A DNA stretch of 63,576 nucleotides, filler included, from Choristocarpus tenellus KU-1152 (taxonomy: Eukaryota; Protista; Phaeophyceae), in the NCBI GenBank assembly GCA_964200185.2. It is 11 parts of 11 records of this genome, joined end to end, with 100 filler letters (N's around TTAATTAATTAA, not from the genome) between each part and the next. Parts side by side here need not be neighbours in the genome. Positions count along the whole stretch, not along the records: positions 1 to 19,275 come from CAXNAD020000479.1; 10 more parts are not named here. One strand, 5' to 3'. The position numbers and the translations under genes were made by a program. Positions 1-12,022 of the stretch are shown here, piece by piece. A model generated the notes under the pieces. That model ran no database searches. It was given only the letters and a program-made list of their open reading frames with translations, and was not told the DNA's origin. The stretch's first letter is position 1; each line of letters starts with the position of its first letter.

Positions 1-280
1 CCTAGAGGGGGGTAGGCTTTTGACAATTTTGTTGCTTAAAAGTGGGGTTAAAATCGTACACACAACACCCCATTCATATTAACCAAATCAAGGTATACCT
101 TATCACGAGTCCATAGACTTGGAAAAAAAAAACTGTGGACGAATTTTCTGTTGTGACCGGACCGGAGGACGTACGGGCGTAAAGAGAGATGCAAATAAGA
201 AAAAAGAGTCATAAGGAGACAGACCCCTCAACAACCATAACATAAAAACAGTAAGCGTTACACCCCTCTAGGACACTCAG
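1..280. mobile_element. Probable MITE truncated by the window start
   Basis: Inverted repeat CCTAGAGGGG (1-10) / CCCCTCTAGG (263-272). CCCTCTAGGACACT resembles the family B terminus CCCTCTAAGATACT. Confidence 0.4.
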
Positions 281-395
281 GGGGATGTGGAAAAATCCGC
301 AATACATCACATACAGTATATAGGGTTAGGGTTGCCCAGGTTGAGAAAAATATAAATATATATTTTGCGTTTGTATCAGCCGTGCCGTCGGTCTC

Positions 396-440
396 AGGGT
401 TAGGGTTAGGGTTAGGTTTCGGTGTCTGGTTAGGGTTAAG
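396..440 (+). repeat. Interstitial telomeric-like (TTAGGG)n
   Basis: AGGGTTAGGGTTAGGGTTAGG plus a nearby GGTTAGGGTTA. Confidence 0.8.
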
Positions 441-1137
441 GCTTGAGTTCTACCAATCATTCTAATAACTGTTTTGCAGGCGCACATCACATATATATAT
501 ATATTCAATTATCCTGTGGAGGCACTCTAAAGACTCTTCAGAACAAGATTTCCTCTTCAACTGCGATAATCCCCAACAAGGCGGAACCCCTCCCCCCCCA
601 ACAACAACCCCTTACAAGTCTCTCACTCTGGGAGAGAGGGGAGAGTGGGTGAATCTGTTTCAGACTTTGAATCTCAACAGGAGCAGTACTGTTCTGTTCA
701 CGCCATGAACCACTACAAGTGACAACAGTTTAAGGAACTAGAGACCTAGAGCAACTCCAAACATTATACACACAAACTCATCTTCCGGACCACCATCAAC
801 AAACAACACAGAAGCACCCCCCCTCTCATCACTACCCCAGCCCCCTCTTCCCTCCCACAATACACAAACACACACACCAGTGGTTTCATAATTGGGGCGT
901 TTAGTGGGCTGCCCGACTATCTATCTGGAAAATGTTAACTTCCTCCTAGTACAAAATCAGAGGTGGGCGGAGTGGTATAACATTATCCATATTTACCCAA
1001 AACAGTATAATGAATTCCCCCCTATACCGTCAACAGATTAATTCTTAGTCATATCAAACCGGTCAATCAACCGAAACCCTGTTCTACACGCACACACACA
1101 AACATACACAGACATGTTCTTGTGCCGTATCACTCAC

Positions 1138-4100
1138 CCCTATCCTCAGCTCAAGCTCATTGAAGGCGCTGGTCTTGGTGGACCTCTTCTTGCAGGACAG
1201 GCATGTGGTAACGTACGAGAGCTCCCCCGAGAACAGCCCTTGCACCAGGTCCTGCAGGGGGGGACCGCTACGTTTCAGGCAGCGCTCCAGCAGCGACATG
1301 AACAGCTTGTTGAACTCCTGCGAGTGTGAACGCACAAATTGACGCGCACGCACGTGCGTCCGCATTTGCATGCGAGTGCGGCGCGTGCCGCAACATAATA
1401 AGAAAAAAAAAGAGGTGAGAAATCCCTCACGTTTTTAGCAACTGCGCTGATGTAGAAATAGTACACCTCAAGGAACGTTCTACTCTGATTGATTGATTGA
1501 CACGTGGTTGGTGAGGTAATACAAGATGAGAGGGAAAAAAAACCAACCCGAATGAACAGAAGTAGAAAAGTGCACACAACTATGGACATCAAATTTAAGA
1601 AACAGAAAAATCTCAGCACAAGAAAAAGAGAAAGGCCTAAGAGACATTTTTTTTATTATTATCAAAGGTATCCGGTTCAGCATCAAGAACCAAAATTTGT
1701 TCAAGGAAAGGGCTTACGCCAACACTGTTAAAGTAGCATACAAATAGTCACATACCAAAAATATCGGTTCCAGGTCTTGTACACCTAATAGCAACAGAAA
1801 GCTAGGTATCAACATTGAGTATCACAGAGTGCTACTAATACGCTCAGAATGGTCAGAGCCGAAAAATTACCAGTACAGTACCAGTACCAACAAACCAAGT
1901 AAACACAATAGTGGTACATACATAGCGTAATTAGGGTTAGGATTATAGTATTGTGACCAACGGAACTGCTACAAGTACGGGTACTTGAGAACCAGTATGG
2001 TGCAAGTTTGGACTACATGGATGAAGCGCTGTTGCATGTATCTATGTTGCATGTATCAATGTTGTATCTAGGAATGGTGTTTTGGGTATTAGTTTGTCTT
2101 TCTAAGGAGTTCAATTGTATTCTGGATAAAAAGAAGGGGGCTAGTTAGTAGAGTGCAGTTCTTAAATGCTGAGGGGAAAAAAGACTTCTCAAGATGGATG
2201 TATGGGAATCTACAACTATACTATACCTTTTCTTATACCAAGGAATTATATTAAAATGATTCTGGTGCAATATATGTTGACACTGTACCTTTTCTAGTGC
2301 TAAGGAGCGACACAATCAGTATCACTATACTGGTGAAATATTTGTGAACATTTTACCTTTTTTTTTTCATACTAAGGAATTACAATACTATGATCCTCCT
2401 GGGATGCACTCCATTAAAACACTGCACCTTTCTTGTATCAAGGAGAGAAACCCATTCAGTGGGTTTGAATCATTGGCAGGCAAGAGAACCCCTGACAACG
2501 AAAAGGTCACCTGTTGATTCAAAGGTGAACGCTAGAATGACTACTACAATAGTACTACTATACTAAATAGTGTAAGGTGAGGGTTAGGGTTAGCAATGCA
2601 GGTCGAGATTCAAAGTAGCTGCTGTGAGAGGGTAGGGGTGTATGCCTTGGCTGTTTAGATTTCTAATAGAATTTTCAGCAGCACTAACGAAGACAGATTA
2701 GGACATTGGAAAGCGGGCATCAGTATGGACACAACTTGCCTCTGCAAACTGAATGCACCCACTGAGCAGCTAAAACCCCCTCCACAACAACTGTGAAACC
2801 GATTGATTCAAAAACATGCTGCATCCAGAAAATCGTAGAAACCCCCTCAAAACTCTGTTGTACCCCCTTCTCAGGTACCATGACTCTTGGACTTTTGTGT
2901 GTTAGGGTTAACATTATGGACAGAAAAAAAATTAGGGTAACAGCTGTACCTGTGCTGGTATGACTACAAAGATACTCCAACATCACTTTGTGACACAGGT
3001 TCAAACATGGCTAAATTTGTTTTGGCCAAATCGGTATGAAGTAGTAAGGTACACTGCCAATATATACGCATATATATATATACTGATGGCGGTATATATA
3101 CTTGTTGATATACATTCAATAACCCATACCATCATTGCTTTCTGTCACAATTGTTGTAAGGTGTATCATACCGCCAAAATACAGGTATATATATATCGAT
3201 AACGGTATACATAGAATCATACCATTCCACCTACGCTGACAACATCACACATTATAATTTAGTAATTGTACCTTGCTTTGTAACAGGGTCAGAAGTCATG
3301 AGTCAGAGTCAATTGCGGGGGTCGGACTTTTCGTTGACATAATGATACTATCAACGTGATATTTTAAATACAGAGTGTCTCACCTGTGGATCCTGCTGTA
3401 TGCCATTGTCGATCCCTAGAAGGCTAGCAAAATGGGCGGGGTCATAAACCTTAGCAGTGCCTGCTTGCATGTGCCCAAACACACGCTGCAGCTCCTGGGA
3501 AGGAAGTCAGAATAATGTACGTTTGAACATGGGATGAACATGGGGTGAGGCACTTGCGTAAAAAACAAAAATTAAGAAAAAATGAGAATGTATATATATA
3601 TATATATGTATGTATGTATGAGGAACCTACGGTCGTGGCTTTTGAATATCTGGATCAATATTATGCTATTGAATTGTCATTTTCACATAACTCGTGTTCT
3701 CATACCGTTCTCATACCGTTCCATCTCCCGGTTCTTATGCACAACAGTAGTACGTGTCTTACTGTTACTATTGTCAGGGTATTTCTTTTTATTATCACCA
3801 TGATGTCATACTTTCCGAGGACTTAACGTTTAAACACAAAAAATAGTAGGTGGTGCAAAACAGAGGGAAGTTAGGGTTAGGGTTAGGGTTAGGGTTACCC
3901 TAAATTTAGATGGAGTTGCAGCATCTGTATCAAGGGTATATAATGTATACATAAAATTGTCTTTCTTGCCTCAGGTGTGGCAGTATTTTTCCAGTTCTCT
4001 CTGTTTTCTACCTCAAAAAGCAGAAAGCCAGGACATATTTATGTATTTAATTATAGGAAAGGGTTAGAGTAACAGTAACCACATCCAAAGCATCTTAGAG

Positions 4101-7100
4101 GGGACTGTAACTTGGGCATTTTGTAGGGGTCATAACAAAAATTGATGCAAGACTCCCCACTTTAACAACTCCAATTCAGGTAACCCCCATGAGGAGTCTG
4201 TTGAAAACCCTCGAAACTCAATGACAACACTCCTATAACCCTAACCCTATTGTGCAAGGTCTATGCCGTGCTGCAGAGCTGACAGTCTGTGCAGCTAAAT
4301 ACACCTATGCCTGTCTGATACCCATGCTGAAAATACTATTACTGCAGTACATGCATGTAAGGATACATCATGTAAGAGCAAAAAAACACAACTAAGCAGG
4401 AATAATAAAAAATAAACGTCATACAGCATCAAAAGTTGGTTGTCCTTGTATCGAAGCCCCATGCTGATGAAACTGGACACTTGGCAGCAAAAAAAACAAA
4501 CACCAACCCCGCTGCCTTGGTAGGGGTCATGCCCTCGGACATGCATTAAACGGAAGATGAAATACATGTATACGGGTGTATGTAACTGACAAACTTCAAC
4601 TTCTGTAGAACTAGTTACATAATCAGTAGTGCCTCACACTCGTTTTCGTATTTTCTTCATCTATGGACTTTTTAGATACAAGTCAAAGAGTACTCTTCTT
4701 GAAAACTTGCCGCCAACTTTGGGCTTTTTGGTGAAAGGGTATATTCCCTCAAAAACTTTCCACAATACCCCCCCCCCTCCACCTATGTACACACACTTTG
4801 ATACATAAGAAAGACTATTTCACTTCTGTCAAGAAGGGTCCGTAACACAAGGCAATCATTCTGCACACTGTCAACATGCCAAAATACACTTACAACAGAC
4901 CGCTTAGTCTCTCAATCTCCATGTGAATTACATCATCAATCTGCCACCGCATCACAGTCTGGATTAAAAAAAAAAAATGTAACAAAAAATAAAAGATGCA
5001 TAGTGCACGGTTTTGTTTCATTGAACACCCTTGCATCAAATACCTCAACAAAATCAAGCAAACTCTTCTCAGACTTGATTCAAAGACATCGTTTTCGCTT
5101 GCAGACAACGAGCTCCTATGATTCCTCTTCAACATACATACACACGTGCATCCATCAAGATAATCGTGGACTGCAAGATCGTGAACTGCAAGATCATGAA
5201 AGACAGGAAAAAAGAAAGACAGAAAAAGAACAGGCACTCGTACACGAAAGAACCAATCATCGCATCACCATCATGCATACCCAAATAAACTTTCAGCTTT
5301 CCTTCCCCCCCCCTCCCCCCCCAAAAAAAACAAAACAAAACAAAAACAAGGCGAAGGACGCCTGCACGACTCACTGCCATGATCCGGTCATCATTCTCCT
5401 CTGATGGTGAAGTTCCACTGCCATTGTACACAAGCCCCATCTCTCCTTCCGTTCCCACCACTCTCCCACCACCAGACTCCTCCGTAGATGCCCCAACTGC
5501 AACATCTGGCAGTGCCCCTGGTGCTGCTGACCCTGACACAGGCCCTATCCCACCACAGGGAGGCGTTTCGACAGTATCATTGATGCAAATGGTGTCTGAG
5601 GCCCCTTCCAAGCACTCTACATCCATAGCCATCTCCATGTCTTGGTCTAACATGCCAGCGGTGCCCCCTCTGGAGGAGACGCCTCCCTTAGGGTGGAACT
5701 CTCTAGCTGTGTATTTATTAGGTATTGTAGCGTTTGCGTAGTAGGGGTAGGGTTAGGGTAGGAGGTCTACAGTAGTGCTAGTAATATTAATAGTAGCAGT
5801 GTGATGGTGTGTGTGGCATGCTATTAGGGTCAAGTCTTGCAGGTCATTTCAATAAAATTGTGCTACTTGCACCTTATCAATTCTTAGATATAATTCATAC
5901 TATGCTCTTATAATATAACTGTTCTTTCGGCACACAATTATTGTCCTTACTTATTTGTGTAGTATATCACTATTATTCTTACAGAATATTCTTCAATATG
6001 AACAAAAAAAACATGGTTGGACCATTCAAACCCGGCATTCTATACACATCTACTATCATTATTAACAGTACAGGTGATGGAACCGGAATACACAAATATA
6101 GAGCCAGTAAAATATAGAGCCAGTTCAAACCATGAAAATAATAAAATGCATAGACGAGCCAGTAAAAACACATGAGACTGATTACCTACAGACGATCATG
6201 GTTTCCACAGCACCAGTAGAGAGCATACCTGTCCCGATTGATCAAACACTTCAAGTACCAAGCCAACCACCACCTCAACCGTAAAACTTCTTCCTGACCC
6301 CACCTTGATGTTAGCCAACTTCTTCCAGCCATCACAGTCACCAGCAATAAATCTCAAGAGAACTGTATAGTTCCAAATGCACCTTCCATGCAGTTCTGAT
6401 TGACAATATACTTCAAATTAAGACGTACTATGCTACTGTGTGCTTTGAATCTTGCTCTGGAGTACTTTCATGCTTTATTTTGTGGTTCATGGAGACCTCC
6501 TGTATACTCTGAAACTTGCACTGGAGTAGTAATATGAAAAGTATTAAAAATTAAAACGTAAAGGCTAGCATGGGTAGTCATACCAAAACAAGCCTAAGAG
6601 AATGTGACGTTAGGGTCAAGGTGGGCATCGTTACCAAAATAGGTATAAGATCACGCTAGGGTTATGGGGTGGACAGTCATGCCAAAACAGGTCTAAAGTG
6701 AAATAACATTAGGGTTAGGGTGGACAGTCATAGCAAGACAGGCCGAAAAATAAAACATCAGGGTTAGGGTGAGCAGAAATCACAGAACAGGGGTGCAGGA
6801 ATTATTATTAGGGTTAGGGTGGGTAGTGATACAAAAACAGGCCTAAGACTTGAACGTTGTCACAACTAAAGTGGTTGCAGTGTGTGTCTTCTCCCCAAAA
6901 CTCTGAGAGCATGCAACTCTTATTAACGAAAAAAACAACTGGATCTTGACAAGCTGTAAACAGTAACACATATCTCATCCACATATGGTTTAACTATCAA
7001 GAACAATATTGAGGATCCAAGGAAGGACCCAAATTATTCTTATTCTTTAAAATCCTGTATGCAATAGATTTAAACTAGAAGGCAAAAAATACCAATTCTT

Positions 7101-10100
7101 TCTTAATCTCTCCAGGTGATAGGTCATGATACACTCCAATGGGAAGTAGCTAGGAGGGTCAGTAATTCCATACCACTTTCCCAAGATCCACCTGTTTTCT
7201 GTTTAAGACTTGACTTCCAACTTGCGCATGTTCACAACAATATATACATTGTATGTATCAGATATTTCTCGATTATATAGATAGATAAGAACACTAAAAC
7301 ACTTTGGAGTGAATGGCTGCCTCAAACAACTTGAAATTTGCACAAAACAGATCAGAGTAAGACAGACAGGGACGACCGGGGGTGCACTTCTAACCTGATG
7401 ATTTCAAAATCAGTGATTGCAGTCTTCTCGGGATTTTTATTAATCACATTATTTCAAACTCTGTGAAGATTCAAATACTTAAAGACAACATCATTCGGTC
7501 AGGTTTTTTCATCCAGGGTTAGGGTTAGGGTTTATCTGTACTACTGTGCAGATCAATGTGAAGACATTTGCATGACTAGAGTTAGGGTTAATGCTGGCGC
7601 ATTTAGCCTTCGAGCATACCACAAATCGATCTCCAGGTGGTTATTTCAAGGTTATCCTGCAGGGGAGGAAGACACTGGTATGGCCTTGGGGTGGGGTAGT
7701 CATACCAAAACAAGCCTAGAATGAAACAAAGGCTAAGGGTAGGGGGTCTAGAGTAGCTACACTCAAACACACCACCTCATCCAACAGCAATGAAGAACCA
7801 TGGTACAATATCTGGTACAGTACTTGGCTTACGTTCTGGATTTCATTTTCAGCGTTGGGACTGACAAAAACACAATGTCCCATTCCTGTTACAGTTGTAC
7901 ATACTACTTACAAGATAACATAGAACACGAATATTATTAAAATACTTGAATCAAAATATTTATATTGCTGTTTGATCATCAAGTTCAATACACACATGTA
8001 AATATTCCTTGAGGTGTGGAATCTGACCCGATCGCTATAAAAAGAAAAACATAAAATAATAGTTTACTTTGTATTTCAAATCACCATTTTTAACTTCAGA
8101 TGCACAGTCCTGTTCAAAAGCCGGATGTATATCCAACAAAAATCTGTCCTTCTTTCCCATCACCACACCCAGTAGAATATCCTACCCACAGCAATGCCTT
8201 ACAAAAACAAAAATAATACTACACACTCCATTACTCTACACGGGATATACAACAGCACAAGCTCAGTTGCAGACACCCCATCCCTTGAAAAAAAGAAACA
8301 CCAGTAGACCCATACCCCCCACAAACTCTCCAGACTCAGCACTCCTCACCAACTCATCAATCTTGCTCCACATGCCCGGACACATCCTCCCTCCCCACCA
8401 CAAAACAACTTCCTCGAGATCCCACCCAACAACCTGCACACCCCACACACCAAAATCAAACACGCATTCTACCACTCACCACCACCACCACTGCCACCCG
8501 CAGGAGGCTTCCAAGCGTATACCCCTTCCCTAAACGCCTGATTGTGAAAAAGGGCCTGCAGTTGCGAATTGAGGTAGCATGTCGCACCAAGGTTCTTCAG
8601 CCCCGCCCGTTTCAACGCGGCATTCTCCCCTTTCCCACCGCCCCCTCCCAAGCCTGTGGAACTCCTCTCTCCTGATTCCCCCGCCACTTTGGCAGCACCT
8701 CCAGTACCTCCACCTTCTCCTCCTCCTGTTCCCTTCGAAGTCCGCTGGGAGGCAGTATTTTTTCGTAGCACTACAGAGGGGTCTTCGCCAAGGGCCCTGA
8801 CAAGCCCGGGGCGCTTGGCCCAGATCCCCTTTTGTTAAACCCGGCAAGGGAAGAACAGCAACATTGAATTAGACGGAATGCGGGAAGGCGTTGGACGAAT
8901 GGGAAGGTTGCATTCGAACAACAAAGGGGACACAGGAAGGGAATGGGGAGGCATTCAAACGTTGTGGACTACAGAAAGGTACAATTCCTGAGGTTGTTCC
9001 CAACAAAGAAGGTTTATTTATGACGTGACGGGTTCAGAGGAATCGTAGAACAAGAAGAGGGTTCAATCAGGTACGAGAATATAGAAGCACACACAAAAAG
9101 CTAACAAATGAACCCGATATGTTGAAAAAATATTAAAAAAAAACAAGTCAGGGTTTTGTCCAATCAACATTGACATAGATTTACTCTTTGTCTTCCTCCA
9201 TTATTTCTCCATATCTTTCAATAACACTCTTCACAGACAGCAGATCTCAGCACTTGATCCACAATCATGCAGTATTTCTGGGTGGGGGGGGGGGGGGGCG
9301 GAGGTAGGTATATATCGCAGCACACAAGAGTGTAACCATCCACCCCTTCCCCTGCTTCCTATCATCAACATGCATCAAAATTTTGAAATAATAAAAAGTA
9401 GACACAATACAGCAGAGTAAAGAACTAGGGTTTTTCCTCACAGGAGCAAACTTCCTCTCCATTATCTCAGCTTCCCTGTGGAATGGGGCACCCACCTGTC
9501 TTCCTTGGTAGGTTGTGAGGGTAATATGGAGGGGATCCGCTAGGCGATGAGGAATTCCCAGAGAGACAAATTCAGACAATGTGCAATCAATCAATGGGTT
9601 ATGTTCTTAATATAACTGAAACAGATGTTGGTTTACGTCCGAAAAAAAAATCATGCAAGGGTCCTATCAAAAGCTTGCCTGGACAACACAAGACATCACC
9701 GGGAATAACCATGAGCAATCAAAATATCTAGTACCTCCTTCCACTCTCCCAGGCCGTACAGGCACCGAGGGTTGTCAATACAGTTCTTCTTCTTCAAGTG
9801 ATCTGCAAGAAAGAGGTAAGATGTGACAAAAAAGGACAAAGTGACAACAAAAGATATAGAGGAGAGGTTAAGGACTACACAAACATGGGGGGGAGTGGTG
9901 GGGCTATGCCAGCTAAAAAAGTGAATTCTTACATTTATGAGTTGATGCCTACATGGTGTGCACACCTGCTCCCACAAAGGATGGGAAGGACCGGACTATT
10001 GAATACACTTTATATATGGTCACAAATGTGAAAAACAACTCAGTGAGGAAGCAGCTGGATGCACATGCTACTACTATATATTGACCTCAACACAATGCAT

Positions 10101-11520
10101 ATATAGAGAGGGGTGCAACGAGTCTCGGAATATATACCAAATATGGCTTGCTGTGTGCTCACCAGAAAGGCAAGAGTAAGTCAAAACCAAAAAAAAGCAA
10201 GAACATGCACCACCGGATCAACAAGAAAAGAACTGAGGAAATTACATACCCAACATATATAAAAATGGAATATGCAGCACAATGAATCTAATTGTCAGCA
10301 ACATGCAGCTTCAGAAACAGCTGTTGAAGAGTATAATCTGGGAAGAGCAAGGCTTGCATATCTAAACCCTTGGCAACGGCTAAAGTCATTGTCTAGATGC
10401 CATTCCCTCCAAAATAATTCCATTACTCTGTTTCCAAAGAGCACGTTTATCTGTAGCTGCTACATATAAATTACCATCTTTGAATAATTTGGTGAATTGA
10501 AGCAGGCAAGGGAGAAAATTTTCTATTACTTAAACAAACAAATTCTAAGGTCTTCTCAAGCACGATAGAAATCGAATTCATCCCTGTGTTGCCGTGAGGG
10601 TGTGGGGGGGGTGAACCCTCAACAAGATCAGCATGAGGTACTATAAAAGTAACAAACCAAGGTCTGCGAGAATCAAGTTGATCACTGAACATTAACAAAA
10701 GCCCAATGAAAACAAGTTTACAAAAACTGATCCGCACCCGACCTTGTGGATTGCAGCGAGGATATCGCACTGGATCGTTGATGCGGTAAGGGTCTCTTGA
10801 CTCTCGTTCTATCTGCTCGTCGGTTGTTGCAGTCCGGTCCAGGTTCAAGCCAAAGGACAGGTGTTAACAGGTGACGGGATAAGGTGTCACCAATGAGAGA
10901 GTTGCATGGCGCCAATATTAAGGTAGGAGCGGCAAAAATCACCCTGTATACGTACGACTTCAAACTTGGTAGAAAAAAATGCGGTTTCAGTCTTCACATG
11001 AAAAGTGCAGAGGTCAGACCGTGAACCCCAGTGCGTGATAAACAGTAAATCAAGCTCGTCATGTGCAACAGATAGGGTAAACCCAAGGTCGCAAAGACTT
11101 TACGGATCGCAACGCAATGGTTGTTGCTGAAGGAAAATGGAGAACCTCAAAAAACGGCTATTCTCGTGAGATGAGGGAGAAAATTGAAAATCAGCGGTAC
11201 TTCAAACTTTGCCACACCAGGTTCAAACGGAAATTGCATAAGATCTAATGAAGGTTTGCTTCGCGACATTCGATGTGAGGCTCAGCTTGAGGGTATAGAA
11301 GTTGGCGATCCTATGATCTTTCATGCCATTTCAAGGAATACAACAGTAGTGGAAAGGAGACTCGTACATCTTCGTTGAGTAGAGTACTCAATTCGCTTAT
11401 TCCCTTAGCGCCTGCTTTGCCCTGTCGTTTTCCTGTTCTCCTAGATAGAGCTTTTCTCTGGGTTCCATCGTCAAGGTTTGCAACTCCTTCGCCTCGTATT
11501 GCTCCTCTTCGAGTTTCCAT
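1138..11520 (-). CDS. USP48: USP48-like ubiquitin carboxyl-terminal hydrolase (peptidase C19), 7 exons, 3' end runs off the window
   Basis: Phase-compatible GT-AG exons on the minus strand: 11520-11368, 10812-10743, 9802-9735, 8828-8480, 5706-5375, 3494-3384, 1317-1138. The translation has the USP48-type N-terminal pattern DPYRI..RC..KKNCIDNPRCLYGLGE, the Cys-box AGLKNLGATCYLNSQLQALF, GIQQDPQ|EFNKLF and the finger motif TTCLSCKKRS. The His-box is not in the window. Confidence 0.88.
3870..3903 (+). repeat. Interstitial (TTAGGG)4 with inverted CCCTAA junction
   Basis: TTAGGGTTAGGGTTAGGGTTAGGGTTACCCTAA. Confidence 0.85.
6562..6850 (+). repeat. Degenerate ~50-bp minisatellite (6 copies) starting with TTAGGG repeats
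   Basis: Approximate consensus TTAGGGTTAGGGTGG(G/A)CAGTCATACCAAAACAGGCCTAAG. A solo copy lies at about 7686-7720. Confidence 0.75.
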
Positions 11521-12022
11521 ATTCCCACCTTGGGAGGACAACCCCCTCCTCTACCAATTTCAAGAGTAAGACGTAGACTAGATTTCCCTCCGTCTCAACG
11601 TTCTGTTCAGCCCAGGACGTTCTTCCTCCCTTCTCGAGTCACGTGTTCGCTCAGTCGCGAAGTATGTTGGCTCTGAAGATGTGCTAGATGAAGTTTAAAT
11701 CCATCCATCCGAGGCTGGGTCAACGAGATGTCCTATTATCCCGATTATACCTTTTTATTGGTTACAGTTTATATCTACCGAACCAGCGAATCACTAACAA
11801 CAAATGCCATATAACAATATGATCTCCAAAAGAGAAACAGGATTGGAAAGGGGGGGTTTTCACGTTTTAAAACTTTATATTTATTATGGATTCAGATCTA
11901 CAATCTGACCAACCCATATTCCAAAAACGATATCTTGACAACTTGACAAAGGAGTTGAAGGATCACCCCTCTTAACACCACGATTCTTAGTTTACTGACT
12001 CGAGACATATGCTTAAGGATTC
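11521..12022. promoter_or_regulatory. Putative bidirectional promoter/5'UTR region between USP48-like and TPC-like genes
   Basis: The two inferred start codons (11520 minus, 12023 plus) are divergent and separated by 502 bp on one contig. Confidence 0.5.

Noticed and set aside
324-440. True chromosome end
   Set aside because: The tracts are short and degenerate and lie within the presumed intron after the last visible USP48 exon.
5379-5741. Pro/Ser-rich plus-strand ORF
   Set aside because: Antisense to Gly-rich USP48 exon 5.
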